Origin: an uncultured Bacteroidales bacterium
GTDB lineage: Bacteria; Bacteroidota; Bacteroidia; Bacteroidales; FEN-979
Assembly: GCA_903929315.1 (NCBI GenBank)
Contig: CAIYUC010000002.1
Location: 7,626-71,625, forward strand
Direction: 5' to 3'
Length of the DNA: 64,000 nucleotides
Translations under genes and position numbers: made by a program
Notes under the pieces: generated by a model
What the model was told of the DNA's origin: nothing
Database searches by the model: none
Seen by the model: only the letters and a program-made list of their open reading frames with translations
In this document: one piece after another, positions 16,027 to 25,764 of the stretch
How the letters are laid out: every line of letters starts with the position of its first letter
How positions within the stretch are numbered: the first letter of the stretch is position 1

Positions 16027-19000
16027 TCAAATCAACCTTTCTTCAAGCAGATCCCGCCATATAACAAAGCCTTTTCTTTCATCTGAATAATCATGGACAA
16101 CCCGGCTGAAATTTTCAGGCTGTGATTCCAGAAAGGTTTGACGACCATCATTTCTGATAATATTCAGTTGCCGGTCTATCACCTGTAACTGCTTCCATAG
16201 TTCCTGTTTGTCTTTTTCAATATGCCAGACATATGTTGCTTCCTTAGTATCCAACGTTTCCATTACCAGATGATATTGTTCAACCCCTGATAATAGGAAT
16301 ACAAATGAAAAAGGGTTCAGTACAAAACGAAGTTTGAGAATATCACTTTCATGCTTCTCAGCTAAATACCTCAGTTGTCTGTAATGGATTACTTTCTTAT
16401 TCTTCAAAAGATCCTCCAGTAATTCCTCACCTGTTTTATAAAGAGAAGACTTTGTTTCTTCCTGAGATTGGATCTGATTAATATCTAACAAATTCTGTTT
16501 GGACTTATTTGGATTCCCACCAAGAATGAATCTGGAGACAAATCTGAACCTGGCAATTTCAATAATCTCTTTGTTTATTTTTTCCAGATCAGAAGAGGTC
16601 GCCAATTGGGCAACCAAGGTTTTTCCCTGAAACTCCGCCTGGATAAGTATATTGACATCCTTTTTTTTCAGGATCTTCGAAAAATACGGTTTCAGCACAT
16701 CGAACTCAGGCCGGATCTGATCATTTTCAATTTCAAATTCCAGTTCCTGATTTACTTGAGCTACCATGTATCTGAATGCAATGGTTCCGTATCTGAATTC
16801 AAGATCATCAATAGATAGGCTGATCGGCTCTTCAATTGATAATGTATTTTCAGATGGTAGATTATCCGGTTCTGGTTCGTCAAACAAGGAAGCCTGTTTT
16901 TCAAGTTTTCTGTAATAGGTGTTTCTTTTCAGGAACAATTTATCCAGGTAATCGATCTTATGATCACGATAATCATAGATAACCGGAGCGATCTCTGATC
17001 GTTGAACCCTTCCGATATATTGTACAAGCTTACCCTGGAAGGAAAACGGATAAACAAGAAACAAACGGTCGATATTCTGAAGATCAATGCCCTCTCCAAA
17101 GAATTGTCCCGTCGTTATTAATACCTGGAAACTGCCGTCCTTAAGCATTTTCCATTTCATGGTTCTGCTGCTTTCTGGGTCATCACCTGAAAGGACAATC
17201 GTTTCATACGATTGTTTAAGATATTGGTTTAATGAATCAATATGCTCTTTCCTTTCCGTAATGATCACGACCTTTTTGCCAGAGGCCAGCTCAGTGATCA
17301 CATCTTTTAAAATTAATTTGTTCCTTGCAGAATCATGGATAAGGACCTTTGACAAAGTCTCGAACTTATCCGTTTTCGAATTGAAGGGAACATCTAGTTC
17401 TGTGTTGCGGATAATGATTTTTGCAGTCTTCAGGGTCGAAATATCCGGAGCTTTAATTTCAGAAATGATTTCCCCCAGATGGATGAAAATAAGCTCCCCG
17501 TCATTATACTTCCGGAATGGGGTCGCGGTTAACCCATACAAATAAAAGGAAGATAGCTTCCCAATGGTATTTCTATAGGACTCTGCCGGAATATGGTGAC
17601 ATTCGTCAACGATGATTGTTCCGATTTTGTTCAATAGATCAGCAGATCCCGGGCTTTCCAATAACTTTGATAAACTCTGGATCAGGGCTACAGTAATCTT
17701 CCGGCCGTCTTTTCTTTTTCCTTGTCCGATACGTCCTATTTCATTTTTGGGAATGCCAAGAAAGGATTGGATTCTTTCAACCCATTGATCGGCCAGTTGT
17801 TTCCTGTGAACAATGATTAATGCTGCCTGTTGTTTTTCAGCAATGATCTTTAACCCGACTATTGTTTTTCCAGTTCCGGGTGGTGCTACAATGACCCCCA
17901 TGTCTTTTTTCGAAGCCGCGGCTACAGCAAGTATTTGATGTTCTCTAAGCTGAACATCCATTGTAAAGAATACAGGTTCGGCTTTTTTCCTATTATCCGA
18001 AAAATCATTTTCAATGTTGTTTTCCCGGCAAAAGCGAAGCAAGCGACCAGCCATTCCTCTGGGGATAATAACACAATCATCTTTTTCTTCAATAAATCTG
18101 AAATACCTTTCTGACCCCCAGGTGCTTTTACCAAGCTTCTTTTTGATGATAAATTCACTGCTCAGGAAATTAAGCTCTTCCTTCAGAAAATTGATCAGAG
18201 ACAAAGGAAGTCCATTCCTTGTTATTGTAATTGTCCGATCAAGTTCAATTTTGATTTTTCCAGTTACCAGCGATGGTTGATTTCCTCCGTCCTTTTTTAA
18301 TTCCGATGATTTAACAAAGAGTTCGTAGAGCTGATCGAGTTTAGAGAAAGGCACCCTTTGAATGGTTTTCAGAAAACCCCATTGATCTTTATATGGGTCT
18401 ATTGTATCTGGATTGATAAAACAGTTATTTCCCTGATCTGCACAAATCTTGTTTAATGGTAAGGCAATCAGGTTACCAAATCCTTTTCCTGAGAGAAGAT
18501 CCTGATTGGGAAACAGTCTGTCAAAGCTTGAATTCTTATCAAATGTTGAAAATAAACCAATCCTTTCCAACAGAGTGATGATGATCTTTCTGCTTTTCGA
18601 GGCCGGGTAAGGCCTTTCAAAGAATATCCAGACATGGCCTCCCTTTCCTGACCGGGATCGTTCTAAGTAAGCGGGTAAGCCCTGGCCACTACAAAACATA
18701 AGAAACGATCGGCATTCCTCCATCCAGTTGGCTTTATCAAAGTCAGCCGCAATAAAACATGAGGTATTATCTTTTAACAATGGGTAAATACCAATGAATT
18801 GGTCCCCGTTGAGGTGTTTGGTAATTTGGTCATCTGAAAGTATACGGTGCTTTTTATCGGAATAGTTCTGGAATGTTCCCCCTTTCATTTTATGTAACCT
18901 GTATTGATAGGAGTCATATTCATAGGCAGGGATATAAGTGGCTTTACCTCCCTTTTCCAAACGAATGGCAAAAATATCTTCTCTTCCACGGAATAATAAT

Positions 19001-19065
19001 TTGAAATAGAAAAGATTTACCAAAGATGTTTGATCCATTTTTAATTTCTTACGGATGTATATCAA
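16027..19065 (-). CDS. Archaeo-eukaryotic primase (PrimPol)-like domain fused to SF2 DEAH helicase, with ~290-aa unknown C-terminal region
   Basis: - AEP motifs: CFIAADFD, SGKGGHVWIFF, FDRLFP.
- Helicase motifs: APPGTGKT, IIVDECHH, GLTATP, TTGQFFGEGID, QYIGRVQR.
- The start may instead be the Met at 19038. Confidence 0.8.
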   Translation of the reverse strand: MIYIRKKLKMDQTSLVNLFYFKLLFRGREDIFAIRLEKGGKATYIPAYEYDSYQYRLHKMKGGTFQNYSDKKHRILSDDQITKHLNGDQFIGIYPLLKDNTSCFIAADFDKANWMEECRSFLMFCSGQGLPAYLERSRSGKGGHVWIFFERPYPASKSRKIIITLLERIGLFSTFDKNSSFDRLFPNQDLLSGKGFGNLIALPLNKICADQGNNCFINPDTIDPYKDQWGFLKTIQRVPFSKLDQLYELFVKSSELKKDGGNQPSLVTGKIKIELDRTITITRNGLPLSLINFLKEELNFLSSEFIIKKKLGKSTWGSERYFRFIEEKDDCVIIPRGMAGRLLRFCRENNIENDFSDNRKKAEPVFFTMDVQLREHQILAVAAASKKDMGVIVAPPGTGKTIVGLKIIAEKQQAALIIVHRKQLADQWVERIQSFLGIPKNEIGRIGQGKRKDGRKITVALIQSLSKLLESPGSADLLNKIGTIIVDECHHIPAESYRNTIGKLSSFYLYGLTATPFRKYNDGELIFIHLGEIISEIKAPDISTLKTAKIIIRNTELDVPFNSKTDKFETLSKVLIHDSARNKLILKDVITELASGKKVVIITERKEHIDSLNQYLKQSYETIVLSGDDPESSRTMKWKMLKDGSFQVLITTGQFFGEGIDLQNIDRLFLVYPFSFQGKLVQYIGRVQRSEIAPVIYDYRDHKIDYLDKLFLKRNTYYRKLEKQASLFDEPEPDNLPSENTLSIEEPISLSIDDLEFRYGTIAFRYMVAQVNQELEFEIENDQIRPEFDVLKPYFSKILKKKDVNILIQAEFQGKTLVAQLATSSDLEKINKEIIEIARFRFVSRFILGGNPNKSKQNLLDINQIQSQEETKSSLYKTGEELLEDLLKNKKVIHYRQLRYLAEKHESDILKLRFVLNPFSFVFLLSGVEQYHLVMETLDTKEATYVWHIEKDKQELWKQLQVIDRQLNIIRNDGRQTFLESQPENFSRVVHDYSDERKGFVIWRDLLEERLI

Positions 19066-19086
19066 ATCCAGATTGACAGAGAATGC

Positions 19087-19923
19087 CTATTCTTTTTGGA
19101 TTGCTTCAATAACTTCAGTGATGAGCTTATAAACAACAATTTTGAAATCATCCTTATTATTTTGAAACATTTTATCAATCTCCTCCTGAGTAAACTTATC
19201 AAGTTGTTTTTGAAGAGATGCAAGGATTTTCGCTTTCAGAAAATCATTCTTCTCAAGAATTTTTAAAATCTGCTGACCAAGATATCTAGCACCGATTATT
19301 TTCTCGTTGAAAGGATCAGCAAACCAATCATTTACTTTATCAGCATAAATCTCTTCGCCAGCAATCGTAAAATAATGATAGAGTAAATATGTAAAATCGC
19401 TGACATCTCTTTCCCGGATACCAGGATTATCCAACCAGGCGATAAGCTTCAGAATACATAATCCAGGTAGTGTAATTACCTGAAAATTGCCATCCATTTT
19501 AACTGACATTTCGGTAACCTCTTTTGTTCCAAGGACTGTCAGGTAAGTCCACTTTTTTCCTTTGATTCTGACTTCGTTGTTTTTCTCAATTTTCCCGAAT
19601 GGGATCAAATCAACGATAACACCTGACGGAGCATGTAATCGATATGATTCTGGGTCTTCAAGAAATTTTTCAGTTTCAATCAGATATTTTATGATTTCAC
19701 GATATTGCTGTTCATCATTAACCAAAATTGCAAAATCAATATCTGTAGTCATCCGATATGGAGGAAGATCGTTGAGATGTTGCAACCATAAATCCCTGCT
19801 AAGCGCACCAATCAGGAAGTAGTCAATTCCAAATTTGAAAAATGCTTTTTCAAGAGAAACTATCGTAGGACCATATTGGGCTTTAAGATATTTCTCAAAG
19901 TTTTTCTTTAATATATTTTCCAT
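19087..19923 (-). CDS. AbiEii/DUF1814-like nucleotidyltransferase
   Basis: Pol-beta-type NTase motif FLIGALSRDLW...YRMTTDIDFAIL, and a later LKLIAWLDNPGIRERDVSDFTYLL resembling AbiEii helices. 21 nt upstream of the helicase. Confidence 0.65.
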   Translation of the reverse strand: MENILKKNFEKYLKAQYGPTIVSLEKAFFKFGIDYFLIGALSRDLWLQHLNDLPPYRMTTDIDFAILVNDEQQYREIIKYLIETEKFLEDPESYRLHAPSGVIVDLIPFGKIEKNNEVRIKGKKWTYLTVLGTKEVTEMSVKMDGNFQVITLPGLCILKLIAWLDNPGIRERDVSDFTYLLYHYFTIAGEEIYADKVNDWFADPFNEKIIGARYLGQQILKILEKNDFLKAKILASLQKQLDKFTQEEIDKMFQNNKDDFKIVVYKLITEVIEAIQKE

Positions 19924-20917
19924 AAATTATTTGTGCAGTTTCAATGTTTCTTGGATCTCCGGTATTTAACAAATCAGCATAAATTAGTATCGGTGGAACC
20001 GTTTTTACATTATCATCATTAAATTTCCAGAATTTCTGGTAGGCTTTCAAAAAACCATTTGGTTCTTGGATCAACTTGAGATTTTTAATCAATCTCGCCC
20101 GGGTTTCTTGCGTATAGATTGTCAATTCTGCCGGAACAAGATATTCCGTTAACAGATTTGCAGCAGGTTCAGCTCCCCATAATGTTTCTGGTCCAAGATT
20201 CAGGTTTTTCCAATTTCGGATTTTTATTGTAAAGGGTATAAAATTACCAAGAAGCAGGTTGGGTTTCAATTTTTGTGGGTAATGTTGGATCCATTTCTGA
20301 AGAAGATCTTCTTTGTTTAATAGTTTGAAATTTCGGTTCTCAATTTTTCTCACATATCCTAATTCTTCCAGGTTTTTAAGGATATAGGTTACATTACCAA
20401 TGGCGATATCATATGTAGTAGCGATTTCACGGTAAGGAAGGTTGATAAAATCTTCATTATTAAGAAAATGAAAGAGAAGTATCAACCCGGTTTTGTTAAA
20501 AGCACGTTCTGTTGCAGGTTTCTTCTTAACTTCCATGTCTTTTTTCCCGTCTACATATATAATATTATTCCCTAACCGCAAAAAAACATTCCCTGCCAGA
20601 TCCATATAATTTATTTCTTCCTTCTTCAACTTCTCGCGTAAGTTGGGGTAGATGATCTCTGCCAGAATCAACAAATCCCTGAATTCTTTTTTCAAGTCCA
20701 GGATAGTTGGTAAATGGATGTTTCGTAACTGATTTTTTACTTCTATCCAGAAGACAAAAGTTTGTCCTTGTACATTCAGTTTGAGCTTTCCATCAGGGAT
20801 TAAGTTTTTTCCAACCCGGTTCTTTGGAATTTCCTGCCCAATATAATTCCATTCAAAATCTAGAGGCACTAGATTTTTCAGTTTATTCACTACAATATTG
20901 ACAAATTCATTTTTCAT
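19895..20917 (-). CDS. AbiEi-like wHTH protein with PD-(D/E)XK-like N-terminal region
   Basis: Central wHTH (REIATTYDIAIGNVTYILKNLEELGYVRK). The C-terminal PPILIYADLLNTGDPRNIETAQIIYGKYI recalls AbiEi-type antitoxins. The N-terminus has IPDGKLKL...FWIEVK (D...ExK). Overlaps the NTase gene by 29 nt. Confidence 0.6.
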   Translation of the reverse strand: MKNEFVNIVVNKLKNLVPLDFEWNYIGQEIPKNRVGKNLIPDGKLKLNVQGQTFVFWIEVKNQLRNIHLPTILDLKKEFRDLLILAEIIYPNLREKLKKEEINYMDLAGNVFLRLGNNIIYVDGKKDMEVKKKPATERAFNKTGLILLFHFLNNEDFINLPYREIATTYDIAIGNVTYILKNLEELGYVRKIENRNFKLLNKEDLLQKWIQHYPQKLKPNLLLGNFIPFTIKIRNWKNLNLGPETLWGAEPAANLLTEYLVPAELTIYTQETRARLIKNLKLIQEPNGFLKAYQKFWKFNDDNVKTVPPILIYADLLNTGDPRNIETAQIIYGKYIKEKL

Positions 20918-20934
20918 TGTTCATTGAGTTATAT

Positions 20935-20954
20935 TGTTCACGTGCACGTGAACA
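20935..20954. promoter_or_regulatory. 20-bp perfect palindrome TGTTCACGTGCACGTGAACA, putative operator of the wHTH-NTase-helicase operon
   Basis: Lies 18 nt upstream of the start at 20917, immediately downstream of a minus-strand TATATTTG -7 box (20957-20964). Outer arms ttgttcat/atgaacaa extend the symmetry. Confidence 0.6.
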
Positions 20955-21022
20955 TGCAAATATAATGAACAAAATGTAATTCCCAAATACTTTTACTTAA
21001 AAAATTTTGATTTTCAGAAAAA

Positions 21023-21994
21023 TCAGGATTTCCCGCTCTTATTTGGAATACTATCCCAGGTCCGTTCCATTTCGAGCTGTTGAAAATCTTCAGTTATTTT
21101 GATGTACTTGTTAAAGACACTGTCTTTTATATGACCCGTGGTCTTCTTGATCGCTTTTAAATTCATGCCGAGAATGACACTGTTTGTGATGAATGTTTTC
21201 CGGGCAGTATGATTGGTGATCAGCTTACATTTTGGTTCTGTATGCTCTCTTGCCTTGCCACCGGAATAATCCACATAGGAGACCAGCGAGGTAATTTCAG
21301 CATCAAAACAACAATCTTTGATGTGGTCGTTTATTTTTTGGGCGGAAAGTTTTGGTAATGGATAATTTTCAAGATCTTCATACCTGGCAAGGATCTCACG
21401 TGCAAATTGATTCAAAGAGATGACCTCAGTTTTATGAGTTTTAACAATAGTTTTGAATATCTTGCCATCCTTAATATTTTCTCTTTTCAGGTTATGGAGA
21501 TCGGAAACGCGCATGCCGGTAAAACACATGAAACAAAAAAGGTCTCTCGCCCTTTTCTTCTTGAAGGTATCGAATTCAAAATTCAACAGTAGCATAAGCT
21601 CATCTATTGTCAGGTAAATGACATCTTTCTCGCGCTCTACTGCTTTGAAATCCTTAAAAGTAAGATCTTTGGTATAACCCCGTCTTTGACACCACGTAAG
21701 GAATGCTTTCAGGTTACTGATGATCTTTGCAAAATAGTTATCCTTTGCCTTCCTTTTAATAAAAGCATAAGTTCTAAGATTGTCGAAAAATTTGAAATTG
21801 ATAGAATGGAGATCGACCTTATATTTTGTGTCCTTCTCGAAATCCATAAGAAAATTTTTAAAAGTCCCGTAACAAACGATGGTTCTGTTTGCCCTGATAG
21901 CTTTACTGCTTTCTATATATTCATCCAGGACCTCAAAGAAAGTCCTGTTGGTTTTTCTTTGTTTCCCTGAAGGATTGAAAATAGCATTTTTCAA
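21023..21994 (-). CDS. Tyrosine site-specific integrase (Bacteroidota phage-integrase family)
   Basis: 323 aa. The catalytic region has FCFMCFTGMRVSD (Arg), HTARKTFIT (H-x-x-R) and GHIKDSVFNKYIK (Tyr). Its 5' end faces the tRNA 3' fragment at 22097-22110. Confidence 0.88.
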   Translation of the reverse strand: MKNAIFNPSGKQRKTNRTFFEVLDEYIESSKAIRANRTIVCYGTFKNFLMDFEKDTKYKVDLHSINFKFFDNLRTYAFIKRKAKDNYFAKIISNLKAFLTWCQRRGYTKDLTFKDFKAVEREKDVIYLTIDELMLLLNFEFDTFKKKRARDLFCFMCFTGMRVSDLHNLKRENIKDGKIFKTIVKTHKTEVISLNQFAREILARYEDLENYPLPKLSAQKINDHIKDCCFDAEITSLVSYVDYSGGKAREHTEPKCKLITNHTARKTFITNSVILGMNLKAIKKTTGHIKDSVFNKYIKITEDFQQLEMERTWDSIPNKSGKS

Positions 21995-22096
21995 ATACGC
22001 TTCTGTGGGTGAAATTCAAAAAAATGTATTTTGCAAGGCACTGATAAACAACTGATACAGAAAACTGTAGTTAAATACAGTAAAATATCCATTACC

Positions 22097-22110
22097 CCGG
22101 CTCCGGGTAC
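22097..22110 (+). repeat. att-like 14-nt copy of the tRNA-Leu 3' end (ccggctccgggtac)
   Basis: Identical to 8113-8126. The following ~35 nt (gttcaaatgcgaagtgtaaagtgcgaagt) parallel the sequence after the intact tRNA (5616-5650). Confidence 0.75.
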
Positions 22111-22308
22111 CCGTTCAAATGCGAAGTGTAAAGTGCGAAGTGTAATATAATTTGCACTTTGCACTTTTCGTTTTACACTTTAGACTTTACGTTGGGAACT
22201 TTGATGCAGAGTTAAAAACAAATCTTTTCACTGAATCCAATCTTTGGAAAGAATAATAGTAGGTAGGACTTGGATGATTGAAGCCTTATTTATCAGGTGC
22301 TTTAAATT

Positions 22309-23988
22309 TCATTCTTTTATTATCCTGCCTACTTCTACCCTGGCGTTGCTATTTAATCTCACTATATAAACTCCTTTTGCGAGTTCACTTATGTCAATGT
22401 CTGTTTTACCTTGTTGTATCTGCTGTTGCAAAAGGATTTGTCCCTGCAGATTGTAAATGGAAATAATAGAATGCTCAGTCATGTCTGTAATAATAGTCAC
22501 TTTTTCGGATGCAGGATTGGGATATAGATTGAGAAAGTGTTTATTTTTTTTAGAATTATCATTTATAGAATTCCCAATTTTGGAATGAAATCTTAGCACA
22601 ACCGCTGATCCGGCAGGAACATTGATTTGTGTCGTATGCGAGTAAACTGGCGACGATATCCAATTATAAGCGTGAATTGTTCCCAATGAATCTACCACCT
22701 GTCCGCCAAGGGTAACTGTGGTTGTATCTCCCAAAGACGGGGAACTCAGCCGCACGTATTCTGCACTACGATAGTTACTATCTCCGGCATCTATTTTTAT
22801 CACTGCATTTTGCAATGTGTCTTTTTCTTTATTAATGATAGTTGTGTATATACTTTTTAAGCTGTCAATAACACTATAACTATCAAGGTTTATACTATCC
22901 TTCTTTACCGTAGTAGAAGAAATGAACTTGCCTTTGCTTCCAATTTGGAAAGCAAGAATTCCATAGGCAATTGGACGTGCACTATAAATATTATCTTTCT
23001 TGTTCTTGGAAAAAACAGTATATGGTCCATCAAGTCCTCCATGAAAATTGACTCCTGCACATCCGTCATCAGCCAACTGATACATGAAGTCCAAAGCCCA
23101 TAGGGCTGAAGCAAAAGCATCACTCACGCCCCATTGTCCTCCATGATACAATGAATTGCATTCACTCATGCGAAAAGGGATACTGTCTGCACATTTGACC
23201 AATGATTCTACCTCAGCAGATACTGAACTAAGTTTTGCCTTACTTAGCAAGGTATCGATCTGCTGATGAACTGGTATTGCTGTATCTGCTTTTGCCACAT
23301 AATAATGTTGCGTAAGCATAGATATTATTATGGTATCCTTAGCCATATCCCTGCGGAATGGCTCCGTGAACTCTGTGTGATGACTGGCACAAGCTGGTCC
23401 CGTGAAAACAGCCTTAGGATTATGACGCTTGATTGTATCATAATAATTCTTATATTCCTGTTCATAATCGTTAACCGTGTATGGTGGTGGTGGTTTACGG
23501 TAACCGTTAGTATCATATAGGTCGGGCTCGTTGCCCACTTCAAATCCAAATAGCTCACTATTGTGTTTTTGGATAACATAACTTGCTTCGGTATCGGCAA
23601 GTGAAGGATTATTATCTCCGCCCAAATTTAAACCCATAAAAATCTTGCAACCGGCATGCTTTGCAAAAAGAAATAAACTGTCTAATTCTGCTCTTGTGAA
23701 ATGCGTGCGTGAAGTATCCGTGCTATCCATGCTTAGCGTGTCTTTATCTACTGCATCTGCTCCGACACGCAGCGACTTAATCCCACATGTTTGAAACAGC
23801 CGGATCAACGTATCACGGTGAGGACCAAAAAAACCTTTGTTCAGGCAGTCCTTCTCGAACGACAAACCGGCAAAATCGGAAGCGATCGTTTTTCCTGATA
23901 CACTTGGATTAAGCGTAATATTTATCGTGTCCTGTGAAAAACAAGCCAGAGAAAAAAGAAAAAGAAATATAAAGCAAAAATGTCTCAT
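22309..23988 (-). CDS. GH79-like (clan GH-A) glycoside hydrolase with T9SS C-terminal sorting domain
   Basis: Signal peptide, acid/base FEVGNEPDLY, nucleophile region RMSECNS, ALWALDFMYQL, and a C-terminal YPNPASEKVTI...GVYIVRL. Confidence 0.7.
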   Translation of the reverse strand: MRHFCFIFLFLFSLACFSQDTINITLNPSVSGKTIASDFAGLSFEKDCLNKGFFGPHRDTLIRLFQTCGIKSLRVGADAVDKDTLSMDSTDTSRTHFTRAELDSLFLFAKHAGCKIFMGLNLGGDNNPSLADTEASYVIQKHNSELFGFEVGNEPDLYDTNGYRKPPPPYTVNDYEQEYKNYYDTIKRHNPKAVFTGPACASHHTEFTEPFRRDMAKDTIIISMLTQHYYVAKADTAIPVHQQIDTLLSKAKLSSVSAEVESLVKCADSIPFRMSECNSLYHGGQWGVSDAFASALWALDFMYQLADDGCAGVNFHGGLDGPYTVFSKNKKDNIYSARPIAYGILAFQIGSKGKFISSTTVKKDSINLDSYSVIDSLKSIYTTIINKEKDTLQNAVIKIDAGDSNYRSAEYVRLSSPSLGDTTTVTLGGQVVDSLGTIHAYNWISSPVYSHTTQINVPAGSAVVLRFHSKIGNSINDNSKKNKHFLNLYPNPASEKVTIITDMTEHSIISIYNLQGQILLQQQIQQGKTDIDISELAKGVYIVRLNSNARVEVGRIIKE

Positions 23989-24435
23989 GGTATTTATTTT
24001 ATTGCAGCTAAATCCAGGTTGGACGAAGCCGCTTGGTTGTCAGTGTGATAGGGTGGGCAAAAGCAATCTATCTGTTCATGGTGAAGTAAGATTATCCTTA
24101 TTATCATTGTCTTTAAGTACAAAGATATAATTTAAACATATTAAATGTTTGTTTCCTCAAAAAGATCAACCACTTTCGCAAAATCGAGTATAAACTGGCG
24201 GTTAGATATTTCGTCAGAGTAGTGTACCAGTTCAGGTGTAAAGTGCAAAGTGTAAAGTCTAAATTAATTTGCACTTTGCATTTTACACTTTAGACTTTCC
24301 ACATTACACTCACTCTTCCTTCTCCATTAAACATCGGGTATCCAGGATCGAGCTTCTCTTTTTTTCCAATCGCCAGGTTGTATTTCGAAAAAATTTATTA
24401 CATTTGATGCCTGAATTTATAGAAATACAGATAGT

Positions 24436-25560
24436 ATGATACCCAGGTATATAAAAAAAGAGATACTCACATCATTATTGAAACCAAATACAGTAATTGG
24501 AATTTTCGGAGCCAGGAGAACAGGGAAGACTTTCCTCATGCAGGAAATTGAGAAGGAATTGAAAGAAAAAGTTCTGATGGTGCAAGGTGAAAACCTTGAT
24601 GTTAGTGAAGTCCTTTCTTCACAACGATTAAACCAGCTTAAAAGGTTTACGGAAGGGGTCAGTTACCTGTTTATTGACGAAGCGCAGAAAATTCCGGATA
24701 TAGGGATCAACCTGAAGTTGATGATTGACAATATTCCGGGTCTTCACATCATGGTTTCCGGATCTTCCTCTTTTGATCTCAGGAAAAATATCGGTGAACC
24801 ACTCACAGGTCGCAGTAATTTCTTTCATTTATACCCTATTGCTCAGATGGAACTGGAGGAAAATTTTCTGCAAACAAAGGAAAACCTTGAAATGAGACTC
24901 ATTTACGGAGGGTATCCTCAGGTTATAACTGCAGCTACAACAAATGAAAGGACACGTATTCTGACTTCCATCCGTGATGGGTATTTATTAAAGGATATCC
25001 TTGAACTGGATAATCAGAAGGACTCATTATTTATTTTCAATCTTTTGAGGTCAATAGCCTTTCAGATAGGTAACGACATCTCTTTTTCCGAACTGGCGTC
25101 GAGGTTGAATGTTAATAAGAAGACTGTGATGCGTTATCTTGAACTGCTGGAAAAGTGTTATGTGATTTTTTCACTTCATGGTTTCAGCCGCAATCTTCGG
25201 AATGAATATACAAAAAGTCCAAGGTATTATTTTTGGGACAATGGAATCCGGAATGTACTGATTTCAAATTTCAATTCCCTGAATCTTCGGGATGATATTG
25301 GTAAGTTATGGGAGAATTATTGCATATCCGAGAGACTAAAAAAGAATAGTTACCAACAAAAAATAGTAAACCACAATTTCTGGAGAACATATGATCAGAA
25401 AGAGATTGATCTGATTGAAGAGTCCGGTGGGAAATTAACCGGTTTCGAATTCAAATGGAACGAAAGTAAAACCAGGGTACCGAAGCACTTCCTTGATGCC
25501 TATGATCATTCGGAATTTAAAGTCATTAACCGTGAGAATTGGATGGAATTCATAAGCTAA
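24436..25560 (+). CDS. AAA ATPase with DUF4143 C-terminal domain
   Basis: Walker A GARRTGKT, Walker B YLFIDEAQ, and a DUF4143-type region ([10 protein letters not shown]...EIDLI). Confidence 0.85.
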   Translation: MIPRYIKKEILTSLLKPNTVIGIFGARRTGKTFLMQEIEKELKEKVLMVQGENLDVSEVLSSQRLNQLKRFTEGVSYLFIDEAQKIPDIGINLKLMIDNIPGLHIMVSGSSSFDLRKNIGEPLTGRSNFFHLYPIAQMELEENFLQTKENLEMRLIYGGYPQVITAATTNERTRILTSIRDGYLLKDILELDNQKDSLFIFNLLRSIAFQIGNDISFSELASRLNVNKKTVMRYLELLEKCYVIFSLHGFSRNLRNEYTKSPRYYFWDNGIRNVLISNFNSLNLRDDIGKLWENYCISERLKKNSYQQKIVNHNFWRTYDQKEIDLIEESGGKLTGFEFKWNESKTRVPKHFLDAYDHSEFKVINRENWMEFIS

Positions 25561-25642
25561 ACTCCCAGATTCAGTCGGCAGTCCGCCACAGGCCTCAAGC
25601 TTCAGGCTTCAGGTAAATAGCGAAATAGCAAAGTAGCGAAAT

Positions 25643-25667
25643 AGCGAAAAACTGTTTCGCTTTTTTT
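25643..25667 (+). terminator. Rho-independent terminator AGCGAAA-aactg-TTTCGCT + T7
   Basis: Stem, loop and T-run read directly. It is embedded in an aatagcgaaatag stutter array. The same hairpin recurs at 34547-34571 and about 41194-41226. Confidence 0.7.
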
Positions 25668-25735
25668 GTTCACACTCGCACTCAGAATACAAACACCACA
25701 CTCACACTTCCACCACACCCAAACCCACACCCGAT

Positions 25736-25751
25736 TTCCGGCTCCGGGTAC
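25736..25751 (+). repeat. att-like 16-nt copy of the tRNA-Leu 3' end (ttccggctccgggtac) preceded by a copy of the tRNA upstream 'cacac' leader
   Basis: 25690-25735 (caaacaccacactcacacttccaccacacccaaacccacacc) parallels 7930-8046. The tRNA body is missing between the leader and the 3' end. Confidence 0.75.
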
Positions 25752-25764
25752 CCCCTTTTAAACG

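Noticed and set aside
5637-24298. Classical integron (attC sites plus cassettes)
   Set aside because: The boundary hairpins lack the RYYYAAC/GTTRRRY core sites. Cassettes are in mixed orientation. The integrase looks like a Bacteroidota tRNA-targeting tyrosine recombinase, with no recognisable IntI-specific features that I can see by eye. Only the general cassette-like geometry is kept as a finding.
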